64,000 bases of DNA from assembly GCA_051362555.1 (NCBI GenBank), contig CM120645.1, forward strand, positions 12,338,001 to 12,402,000, in the 5' to 3' direction. Source of the stretch: Lingula anatina. Its lineage: Eukaryota; Animalia; Brachiopoda. Below the pieces are notes generated by a model, which saw nothing but the letters and a program-made list of their open reading frames with translations, did not search any database and was not told the origin of the DNA. This document shows positions 38,601-49,300 of the stretch, piece by piece (position 1 is the first letter of the stretch; the number at the start of each line of letters is the position of its first letter). The translations under genes and the position numbers were made by a program.

Positions 38601-41600
38601 AACACTTTCCAATAATATTATTGGTTAAGTCTGTGTGGTGTCTGAATAACAGGGCAAAAAAATTTTTTTTCGTAAAAAATTTAATTTTTTTGAAAATTTT
38701 GGCCCGTTTGACCTTGAAGTAAAGGTCAAAGGTCAAATCCAAGGGCATATTTGAAATCTACACATATGACTTTTGGAAAGCCGTCTGTAGAAATTTTTCC
38801 CATAACCCCTTCCGTAGGGTAGATAATTAGCATTTAATTTTGCCATTTTTGGACAAGGGTGCATTTCAATGAGTGCCACACCCAGACCCCAATACCGACA
38901 AAGCCCAAATTTTACGTGGAACGAGTTGAGATTATAGGTGACCTAAATCCAAGAGATGGGTACGGGGGACCTTACCGCCTAGGAGGAGAAGCGGTAACGG
39001 TAGCCGTCCGGCGGAGCCGGCAGAGCCGGCGGAACGATCCGGATGGGACCGAAACCATGTGTACCGCCAGCGCTAACGCTGGTGGTACAATAAATAATGT
39101 AGTCAATGACAGTCCTCCTTACCATCCCCAGTTGGTATAGTAGGTAGGCTGGTGGGTGTGCCACATGTCACCATGTTCTCCCCAGTGACTGTGGCATTGA
39201 CAGCTGTGGTATCAAATACACACTGGTAGGTCTGGCCTGGGGGTAGGAGGCTTACTGATAGGTTCACCTATAATAAAGTTCATCAGATTATTGTACAGTC
39301 CTATTAAATACGATTATATCAAATTTCTGTAAGTTAAAAAAGACAGCTGTTTTAGATCATTGTATCATTTAGTCTATAACAATGGCCAGCTTCTCATGGA
39401 CTTGCATCACATCATTTTATATGGGGCATATTTTTAGATCAAAATCATGGTGAATTCAACAAATTTATGACATTAAATTAAAATTTTATATAATCTATTA
39501 TACAATCTATTTAAGGATTATAGTTACAAATCAACATTATTATTATTATTACTATTATTATTATTATTGATGTTGTTGTTGTAAGTAACCTGTGTTGGCC
39601 TGGCCAGGGGTGTGTTGGAGGGTGAGATAGTGTTGATCTTGGTACACTGTCCATTATCAAATGGCAGCCATCTTCCTGAACCATCTGCATCACTGCATTG
39701 ACTCTTTCTGCTACATCTGGAATGTGAAAATGTTCAACTGATAAAGAATATTCCTTATTTACTATTAATGCATTTAACAGTGTTACTGAAAATAATCCTG
39801 TAATTGGACAAAATGTTTTGCTTTTTTGTTTCTGTCATATTGCTACTCATACCTTATTATTACAGCATAAATTCCATATAAAATCATAATAAAGTGTGAT
39901 ATGGTGTGATTAAAAACATCAGATGTATACCAAAAACATCTAATAAAAGACACTAAAAATCCTCTCAAAATCACATCTTCACAACAGATTCAAGGTAAAA
40001 GATTGTGTTATCCAAAGGCAGTGAGAATCTTACTTGTTTTCCAGACTACACCATCCACAGAAGGGATCCCTTGAGGCCAGGCATTCCTCACATGACGTAT
40101 AGCTGCCACAGTCCTCTACCTTTAACTTGCTCACCTGGACAAAGTGGAGAAAACATAGCAATATAATGTATTACTTGAGATAATCTCAAATTAAATATCA
40201 CAGAAATTCCTTAAAATTTTGTGATATCAGATAAATATATATTCATTTTCCATTATCAGGTTCAAATTCATTGGCCTGATCGGAACACCATTGCCATTCA
40301 GTCAGAGAGTCAGTGGTCACTGATGCCTAGATCGATCTAACAGGATCAATCCATCTGCAAGGGGTTTCTTGCTAAACTGCTGTTAGCTTAAGGGCCTTAG
40401 ATGTCTGGCACGCCTACTGAAGCTGCTAAACAATAATTACCCCCTAGCAACTTCAGTAGGCTAAGCTGACAGCACTTTAGCAAGAAACCCCTTGGAGATG
40501 TACCGATCTGTTAGATCGATCGAGGTATGGGAACCCAGTCTAAGCCACTAAAGTTAATAGCAATTTAGCAAGAAACCCCTTGGAGATAGATCAATCCACA
40601 GTTAGTACAATGGGGTCTGCGAATGGTCCCTATTACATACCACTCAAAATTCAATCTTTCACTCTCTAATGCTGCTTACCTTATATTTAGTCATGACATA
40701 CAAGTGTTCCCCTGTGCTGTCTAACTTGATGTCCTTCACCTGATCACTAGCCACCTGAACTGAGGCATACTCTACTGCTGATGTGTTAGACTGGACTAGT
40801 ATCTGGAAGAACACATTTAATACATTAAAGGTATAAAATTCATGTCTAGTATGCCTAACATTTTGTTAAAATGCCATATAAAATTATACATATGGTTCAT
40901 TAAACAATATAATTTGCCTTCTTTTCTACATTTACTGAGCAAGCTTACTCATTTACTGTCAAGAAGAATCGCTTTGTTATTATCTATAATGCTCGGATAG
41001 GTGGCATTAAACTAAAATCTAACATTCTCAGCTATCAACAAAACATTTCCCAGAATTATGTCGAAAGGAATTACAAAAATCTTCGTTTTTGGACATCACC
41101 GTAATTGAAAACATAAAAACAATCAAGTAAAATATCCTAAAAGAAGTAGTAGTACCTTTTTAAGCTGTCCATCAGCAGTTCCCACAAAAGCCACAGTGTA
41201 ACTGGTAGTAGTGGTAGTTGCTATAGATGTCCATGTTGATGAAGTTGCTGTCAGAGCAGGTGATGCTGTAGCTGGGGTGGTTGACACAAGTGGAGAGTTC
41301 ACACTTCCATAGTCATGATTGCAGTAATTGGCACCATAGTTGTAACTCTGAAATGATGATAAAATGGGCCATTAACACCATAAATAAATTTAAGGGAGCA
41401 TTCAGATAAACCCACCATACTAGTTGGATTGATCCAACTCTGCAGGGCTTTTTCCCTAAGTGCAATCACTGTAATTGGCTTAAATGTCTGATGCCTCCTT
41501 GAGTTGCTAGGGAGTAATTCACTAATCATCTAGCTACTCAAGGAGACATGCCAGACAATAAATCTAATTACAATGAATGCACTTTAGCCGGAGTTGGGAT

Positions 41601-43406
41601 GATCCAGCTGACATGACGTTCGAATCTTAGGCTCCATTCACATGGAAAATCTATTTTCTAAAAATCTATTTTTGGTATCTTGTGATCGCGGTCTGTGCCC
41701 TGGATACCCCGCAGCGTAATTACTGGCAGCGCGAGCGAGTTACTTCCAAAGCTGTAATTAAATCTCGGCTGTGCTCGGAGGAGATTCAGATACCTTGATG
41801 CATTGCTTGCCATCGGATCATGACTGTTGCACTCATATCTGTCGTGTGTATAGCTTCTTCATATTCTTGGTCTTGTTGTTGCACAAAATCGACAAACACA
41901 TTTTTCAAAGCAACCGCAAACGCCATTTACTTTCTAACTTCCTACTGTGCATGCGTCAAGGCGCAGCCGAGAATTAATTACAGCTTTGGAAGTAACTCGC
42001 TCGCGCTGCCAGTAATTACGCTGTGGGGTATTCAGGGCACAGACCATGTTCACAAGATACCGAAAATAGATTTTTAGATTTTTAAAAATAGATTTTCCAT
42101 GTGAACGGAGCTTTAACGTGGTCTGAGACAGTGAAACATCTCAATTACATTCAAGCATAATTTCATGTTATCATAGTTTATACATTCCTTTAACATTCAT
42201 TAGAACAAGTAAAATACTGACATATCTACACAGAAATCATAACAATGCATTACTGAAAAAAAAACTTACTGGAAAGGATATACATCTGCGCGACCCTCCT
42301 GAAAAATGTGCAGCCTTTGTTTCTCCTTTTCCATCATAACACTGCTCATACTTGTCTTTTATCACAGCATTTAAACTTTCAGTAGAAAACACACACAAAG
42401 CTGTACCTGATTCCTTCACAAATGTTCCCACTAATATGTTATCACCACCTAATTTTGTCACTGATATTGTCTTGGCTAGATTATAATAACCATTAATTCC
42501 TTCACAGCGTAAAGGCATTTCAAAATAGGAATCATATTTATTATCATTCTGACATACTCGGATTATTCTTGTTTCATACTCTGTACTGCTGAGTGTTGTC
42601 TTTTGATTTGTCACAAAGTAGCTATATCCATTTAGAGAAAATCCTGAAGTATAGTTCACTGGATATGTGCTTCGTACAGTATCAGACAAGGTAATGTATG
42701 TTCCTTTACCATCCAGAGCATTGTAATTTGCCAGTTCTAGTGTCTGTAAAGACCTACTGCTCACAGCAGCAACTTGCTCTCTCAATCTCCCACTCTCTCC
42801 TTGTCCAGTGTATGTTGATGCCACATACAGGACATCTTGAGAATTTAGCCCTGGAGCTACAAAGGCAACTGTAGATGCATCAGGGGAGTTAGCTGCTACA
42901 TAATCCTCAAGCGGCTGATTCCCTCTATGTGGAGTCACCTGTGTCATATCTGTAAGAGGACGACTCTCACATGTCCCCTGATACACACTTCCACAACTAA
43001 TAAGCCTTCCCCTACTCTGGTCTACAACAAGAATTTTATTGTAGTTGCCCGTTACAGTTGTAGGAGGTCCCTGTGAACAAGTTGGAGGTGGAGGACTACA
43101 GTAGGGACTATCTGTGACAGGTCCAGTTGTAACATTCTGCACCAGTTGTAAATCTCCATCCAGCCTATACAGTGTGTTCACTGCCCCAATGTACACAGTT
43201 CCAGTAGCATTATCTATTGCTATGTTGTTGAATTCAACAGTCGTTTGGCCACTTGGGTATGAACTGACAATGGTACTGCTGGTGACAATCACAGCATGTG
43301 ACAATAACACTGCCAGTGTCACCAACATGCTGTTTATTGCAATGGTACTTTGGCATCCAGAGAACATTTTGGCAATCATTTCTGGTAATCCAATTGATAA
43401 TTTCAT
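14649..43406 (-). CDS. PlexB: Plexin-B (invertebrate type): signal peptide, Sema, PSI and IPT/TIG domains, TM helix, split RasGAP-like domain with RBD; 34 coding exons, about 1896 aa
   Basis: Exons (high to low): 43406-42270, 41347-41156, 40802-40680, 40134-40034, 39716-39590, 39267-39123, 33766-33670, 33376-33262, 32815-32684, 32398-32306, 31866-31767, 31469-31309, 30987-30839, 30479-30365, 30169-30021, 29619-29443, 29101-29005, 28657-28367, 28073-27918, 27555-27315, 25356-25214, 24805-24675, 24396-24337, 24123-23982, 23490-23344, 18399-18249, 17881-17714, 17450-17365, 17073-16987, 16677-16517, 16123-15976, 15577-15437, 15139-15065, 14801-14649 (5691 nt, phases consistent). Motifs [86 protein letters not shown] (the last two resemble insect PlexB rather than PlexA), [24 protein letters not shown]. 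True start may be a downstream Met (e.g. 43328). Confidence 0.93.
18753..18917. mobile_element. CAGGGGCGGAT-TIR MITE captured inside HINE family A (also at ~34282-34449)
   Basis: Reverse-complement homolog of the free copy at 58219-58386 (shared gtcttc(c/t)ggaagac and ggatggatcaaca); flanked by a caataa duplication. Confidence 0.75.
19159..19395 (-). mobile_element. Short HINE family B nested in HINE-A copy 1
   Basis: - strand: TTTACCTC..TGCCAAGGAGGTTAT...CCCTGTTTGTCTGTC ... CCTTGGCAGAGGTCT-GCACT-CTCAA-AGTGC-TTTTCTAGTT, i.e. subTIR, GTCT microsatellite, inverted subTIR, terminal hairpin and CTAGTT end. Confidence 0.8.
19740..21220. repeat. ~335-bp tandem array (about 4.5 units) inside HINE-A copy 1
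   Basis: The motif ttttgatgcaacattacataat (with variants) recurs near 19765, 20068, 20398, 20735 and 21072; the right-hand units are near-identical, the left ones diverged. Confidence 0.8.
21620..23225. repeat. ~162-bp satellite, 10 monomers, including a duplicated 4-monomer (648-649 bp) higher-order unit
   Basis: gctgattttc(g/a)aact(t/c) at 21664, 21829, 21991, 22152, 22313, 22477, 22639, 22800, 22961 and 23122; diagnostic variants recur with period 648-649. Confidence 0.92.
34120..35549 (-). mobile_element. HINE family A copy 2, nested in HINE-C
   Basis: Both termini essentially match copy 1 (aacaaggcagcaaagctgtcaaatgtacagac ... atgtacagacacatctgtgtctgtacataaaaa); only 3 of the ~162-bp monomers; lacks copy-1 segment ~19065-21225. 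Confidence 0.88.
35550..38390. repeat. 146-bp satellite (about 8.5 + 7 monomers) with a duplicated ~290-bp spacer (36790-37070, 38110-38390)
   Basis: cagt(a/g)tatgactt at 35554, 35700, 35846, 35992, 36138, ...; the spacer repeats at a distance of about 1.32 kb. Confidence 0.95.
40320..40600. mobile_element. Palindromic MITE relic (family shared with ~10155-10240, ~41410-41620, ~59350-59591, ~60467-60690)
   Basis: tagatcgatctaacag...aaggggtttcttgctaaa / tttagcaagaaacccctt...ctgttagatcgatc; shared core gcttaa.tgtctg.cacgcct. Confidence 0.7.
41630..42112. mobile_element. PIF/Harbinger-type MITE with ~145-bp near-perfect inverted arms
   Basis: Ends GGCTCCATTCACATGG / CCATGTGAACGGAGCT; TTA duplication at 41627-41629 and 42113-42115; arms e.g. 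gcagcgcgagcgagttacttccaaagctgtaattaa / ttaattacagctttggaagtaactcgctcgcgctgc. Confidence 0.88.
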
Positions 43407-43958
43407 TAATTCTCATCACAGTTATTCTTCTTTTGATGGTCCATAGAAAGAATCCACAAAAGTACAGAATTAAATCCTAGTAGAATATGAACAGTGCCCT
43501 TGAAATATCCTTAGAATGAGATCCATTCATTTTTGTGAACTTTCATCTCCAACTAGATAAAATTTTCTGAATTTGATGTCCTCTTCTTTTTTGTTGGACT
43601 AATGTTTCTTGGCCCTAAAGAGCAAGTAATGATTTTATTTAAAAAATTCCTCTTTATCACACCTGTCACAAGTCTCCAAAACCCCCTGCCTCCTTATCTG
43701 AATATATTTTCACAACTTTTCCACTCCTGTAATCTGGCACCCAACAGACTCACTGTAGGCATTTAAAATAGGAAATCCAAGGAAGCCTTCTCTCTAATTT
43801 TGTCTATTCTAGTCAAATCTTTACACCATTTTAGACAATTCTCTGTTCAAGCTCTCTGTTCAAGCAGATCGTTGTGGGACCTTCACATTTCTTGTGCAGT
43901 GAACTTTCCAAGATCTCACATCTATCATCTCCGCTTCTCTTCCACTTAGCTTTGATGT
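43407..43958 (-). other. Probable 5'UTR part of the large plexin start exon
   Basis: Strong candidate acceptor ttgtttctatctttacAG at 43959-43960 on the - strand; plexins typically have a large start-codon exon preceded by non-coding exons. Confidence 0.5.
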
Positions 43959-46260
43959 CTGTAAAGATAGAAACAATATAACATTAGCTGTGTCAAAAAA
44001 AGTCACATGCATATCTCTGTTTTTACAAGTCGTCGTATCTAATTAAATCTTCGAAAGGTTAGGTCGTGCCCTATCTTTTTTATGCACCCTGAAAAAACTC
44101 AGATAAGCCCGTGCTAAGTGAAGCCTGCTGTTACAAAAAGGGTACAAAATAACCTACCCCTTAAAGAATGGAGCGAGGCATACGCCAAAGCCATATTCAA
44201 TCAATGTGATATGTGCAGCTATATTTAAGTCAAAGCACTCATTCTCCACATAGCCCTCAACTCAAACTGTAAGGCAGGCTTTTTAGTCTCACCTGAATGT
44301 AAAATAAATTGCGTCCCTGGATATAATATCAAATTATATGTCTTAATATCAGATTAAGTATATATGCATAAATGTAAGGGGAAATTGGAATCCCTGATGA
44401 GATCCACGCTGGGATGCCTGTGTAGCAAATGTGACCAGAACACCTGCAAGACAGGCAAACACCTTTATAGATTTTCTGTAAGATTGGAAGCATTTCCACT
44501 TAACCCCTTACAATACACAACATTTGTTATCAGTATTGCATGTGTATCAGTTGTATAAAATTAAGTTTTGAAAAAATGTATTTAAATAGAGAATATTTAA
44601 GTATATCTATTTTCATGAGAGAGAGAGAGGTTCTGTTCGTAGAGTCGTGTCCATCTATATCCTTCAGCAATTACTTATCCTATAAAAATCTTTGTATCAA
44701 AATGCACAATTATCTTATTTCATATTAATAACTGTTCACGCAATATCTTTCTCTTTGTCACTATGATTAGTTGTCATATGGATCAGCTGTCATACTTCTG
44801 AAACACAGCAACTGCTTTGACTGATATTGCTGTTACAGCAATCAGGACTTTTAAGGATTCTCCAAGAAAGGCATCATAGGCAACAAAAGCATTACCAGGA
44901 TTATATCATATTAAAAATAGCTTAGATATTTCCCAGATGAAGGACATTAAACAAGTTGCTCAACTCCATCTTCCCATTAGCTCTCTCTGGAGAGAGGTTC
45001 TGAGGCATTTCCAGAGATGATTTCAACCACTACCCTGTTGAACATGTTGTATCTAGATAGTTCACTGCATCTTTTATTTTGGTACTTAAAAATAAGTGAA
45101 ATTTCCAATCAAAGGAAATAATTTTAGCACATCACCTAAGAATGATTAAATAAGCTATCACAGTATCTCTTTTTTTTCACAGAAAAAAAAAATTCCATGA
45201 GAGAAACAATATAACATACAAGCTTCAGTCTATTGGTGTATATGGAAGCTTTATCAGCTGATCTGCGTCAGAAATTCTTCCTAAAAGTCACAACTAAAAC
45301 AGCACCTAGGGACACGTGGTGCGGTTAATTGAGCGACAAATCAAATAACAGGAAGGTTAATAAGAAAATGGATGGTTTTTCACCAATGTTTTTCCATCTT
45401 CACCAGAAGGTCAAGCGTGGCATGGGAGCCAACAAATGTCCTGATGTGTTTCGAAATTTGATCAAAAAAGTTCACGCCACTGGTAATTTCAAGTCAAGCC
45501 AAGACAAGCTGAGGTGATCTGACACTAACAGCTGTATACGATGAAAGTTGAAGCCAATGTTCATTTCAAGCTGAATACGAAAAATATGAGGTTAAAATTT
45601 TACAACATTACCTGTTTGAAGTTATATGAGCAATCATGAAGACATCAAAGACAGCCAGAATATTTAGACAAAAACCCAACTATCTTATTTTAAAGTTAGT
45701 AAAATTACTTCTCTAATCCCAAGGCCATTCAAAGAATGCCAAGAAGGTAGAACCAAACATAGGTAAAATTAACCATATTTTAATCCCAACAAGTCTATCT
45801 CAAGTTTAGCACTCCATATTCACGGAAAGAGGCAATAAGTTGATACCATCAGGAAACCTAAAAATAAGAGATCTAACACTTGACTTCCAGTGAGCCAAAG
45901 TTCCTTCATGCAGAGTCAACCCAATCAAGACAGCTGACGACCAGAAAGATGAACCATCCATTCATTTTTTATGAATGTGCTAATCAAATTCCTAACAACT
46001 TAAGTGAAAGGTAATATCTGCCCCCAACACCTGCAACCGTGGTTCTGACATATGCTACAGAAATCTTCATGCCAGTGTGTTTTATTGGGTTAGATGATAT
46101 CATCAGCTTACCTACCAGGTGTAATGATATCAGTTCTTGTCTAGCACTGTGGTACACTGATCTGTACTCATAGCTTAGTAATGATGTCATGTTTTACTGA
46201 ATGAATGAAGTGATAAATGAATGGAATGGTATAATAAATAAATAAACAGACAGACACAAG

Positions 46261-46301
46261 TGAATGAATGAATGAATGAATGAATGAATGAATGAATGAA
46301 T
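46261..46301. repeat. (GAAT)n microsatellite
   Basis: About 10 perfect TGAA units. Confidence 0.95.
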
Positions 46302-49300
46302 AGACATTAAATTAATTTTTTAAATCTATTAATGGACTTGCAATCAAGTCTGGGAACACTTAATTCATTTACACATGACTGGATAAATAATCTACACAAA
46401 CACAATCGGAACAAACATTAAAATTAACATACAAACAAAAGATATAAAGAAGCAAGAAAGATGCATGAAAAACTGGAGCATTTCTCATCTGTGTGACAGT
46501 GGCTCAATCTCATGGATGGTTAACAAGGCGACAAATGCTTGAACATAAATGGATGGATGGACAACCAAATGACCCGACTGATGGGCTGTCATGACACCGA
46601 ATTCCTCATGTGACCTTTGGTAATTTCACGATTGACCACTTCCATTGTGACACCTCTATTGTACAATACTGTCACCTTTCAATGCATTTATGAGACCATT
46701 CGAATAGAAATTTTGCAAATGGAGCTTTCCTCATCATCAAGTCAATCAAGTGTACCATACCTGGCAATGAACTCTGCTTTCCCTGCCATTGTGGATAAAA
46801 TGTCAAAGATATCACATTAATTTCAGATACTTCATCAGTTTTACAGATGACCGGACCAAGTGGCCAATATTAAGTCTGCCTGCCTGTCATTTTACCTCAA
46901 CAATGACGCTGTCTTTATCAGCACCTCAGATGATAACTCAATAATAAGTTCAATGCATACATTTTGTCTGCTTTGATGAAACATAAGAACTTTTCTCATT
47001 CTAGAGGCAAATATATTTTGGTAATTAGAGTAGGTTAAACCTTTTAAATACAGAAACCACATGTGTTTTGATGGAATACACTCTCCTGTGACAGGCTGGA
47101 TAATTGAGTGGCTTGTTTACTTACATTTACTGTCAATTTTATTTTTTGTAACCAGAGCAGGTAAATTACATGATTCAAAAAAGAACAACAGAAGACACTT
47201 TTTAATGATGAAATACTAGTGCTATTCTAAGCCATGAGGCAAATTTGAATATTTACACACATTTGCTACCTAAATTAATCAAAGTTCATTATCAGTGTTA
47301 ACCCTCTCAACTGTATAGACCGACTTCTTTGATGTAACATAAGCACACTTTTAATTTTTACAAAATTGTTAAAGATAGTGTAGCAAAGAAACTATTTATT
47401 TTTGGTGGTTTCCCTCAATGCTGCTGGGCAAGAGAGGAAGGATCAGATGGTTAGAACAAACTGTCCCACTGGCTGCAGAAAAGGTCCTCTCTAAACCAAA
47501 ATTTGATAAGGTAAAAGAAAGCTTCCCCCTCCCCTCCAACCTTCTTTTGAAATTGCAAGCTACACCCATGAATCGTGTGAACATTAGTTTGAATCTTGGT
47601 TCCTTACTTTTTTAACAAAAGACATTTAACTAAAATTTGAAGCAATTAGCATGAATGGATGTAGATAAATCAACTTTTAAGGGACGACCACCTACCTCTT
47701 GAAAACCACACATTACTGACACTTAAAGTAGCTGTATGAACCCTCGTCTGTCATCTTCCTGTTTCTCACACAATATATACATGTGCAGCCACTCAAATCA
47801 CATCATATCCAGGGTAAAAGATACCCAATGAATAGTGCCACAAATACCTACACAGCTGAAAGACAACGTGAACAATCACAGCACCTACCCCAGCACAGAA
47901 TGAATCTCTTGCTTGACACCTTCATGTCAAATCCCTATATTTTTAACCTGAAGAACTATGAGGACTGTGCTTCACATCAATGTGCCCACTTGAGCATGCA
48001 AATTTGTCTCTATCACAGAAAGTAAAAAAAGGAAAATAGAAACAAGAATAGTGCAGCACCTGCTTTGTAAGAAGACAAGGTACAATGGTTTCACAGCACT
48101 GGTATTTTTTTTCTTTTTAACCCGAAGAGTAAAAGAACAAGTCCTCCTTTGAAAAAATAGAATCATGCAGTCACCTCAGCAAGAACTTATGGACAGAATG
48201 TTTGTAACATTTCAACACAATACACTTACGGAAACTTGCCAGACTGATACATGAATATCCTCTTCCTGCTTTTCTTCTGTCCCCAACAACAGCATGTACA
48301 CCTTCTAACCTCACCAGCCAAAGCAGACAAGAGTCAAGAAATCACAGCAAAATAGAAGAATGCTTCCTTTCTTATAAATAAACAGCACGTAAGTAAATCC
48401 AATGAGATCAAATCAGGGGGTTAAGAGCAACAGCGTGGAAAGACACAGTACACCAAAAACCACATCACAGACACCAAACCAAGGGATGTTAGACAACCAG
48501 ATTTAATGACTGACACCTCTTTGGCAGAACTCTATAACTTAACCCCATGTTTGAGACTGCTCCAACTCCCACAAATACCATGGCTCAGCGGAGCACAATC
48601 AGAGAAAGCCATCACCTGCTTTTTAGTAACTGGATGTTGTATAGAGATGCAGTAACCTGGGCCTCATCCACAGACCACAGTCTAACCACACTTGACTGAT
48701 GACATTGTGTGCAGAGAGCACCTGATCTTTTCACCGACACCCACATGAAATTGTACACTGTTCCTGATGTTATAACTCTTGCCTACACCTCATGTAACTG
48801 TATACGTACTTATATTTCTGTCCATTTGAAGTTGTAGAACTGTATATCATGTTGTTAACATCTTTGAATTATCATTTAATCCATAAATCTTTTCAATACA
48901 ACACGCCTTTTTATTGCACTTATCGTCAGACAGGTCCAACACAAAAATATGCCTAAATTTACTCTATCTTTGCTGACATTACTATGTAATTCAAATTGTG
49001 GAGCTGTATGTCAAAAAATTAATGTCTTACATTATCATCAAGTTCTGACAACCTTTTTTTTTCAGTTCAGGTCTTTCATTGTACTTACCATCAGATATTT
49101 CCAACTCACATAAACACACCATCATACACAGTACCTGTGGCTAATGTTGGGATCTATTTTTGGCAGTGTCTGCTGTTTTCTGTCAGAAAATACTCCAAAA
49201 GCTCTAGAATTGGCCCTGGTGCAATAGACCATGCCGTTAATGTAAGCCACAACACCTTGATAATAGGTAAACACCACATGGTCTTTCAGCTAACACCTAC

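Larger units (their letters stand above)
33946..39094 (-). mobile_element. HINE family C, ~5.1 kb, filling most of the plexin intron 33767-39122
   Basis: Perfect 14-bp inverted subTIRs attgtaccaccagc (~33982) / gctggtggtacaat (~39078-39091); IR hairpin gtaccgccagc-gctaac-gctggtggtac; terminal stem-loop gaggcg-atac-cgcctc; AACTAG end at 33946; agccggc(g/a)g mini-repeats ~39002-39032. Confidence 0.85.

Noticed and set aside
14649-43406. Plexin-A assignment or a catalytically dead GAP
   Set aside because: Diagnostic segments ([30 protein letters not shown]) are B-like, and both catalytic arginine motifs (LRR, LRFW) are intact.
43114-43446. 110-aa plus-strand ORF and similar short ORFs over plexin exons
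   Set aside because: Antisense or alternative-frame shadows of true exons.
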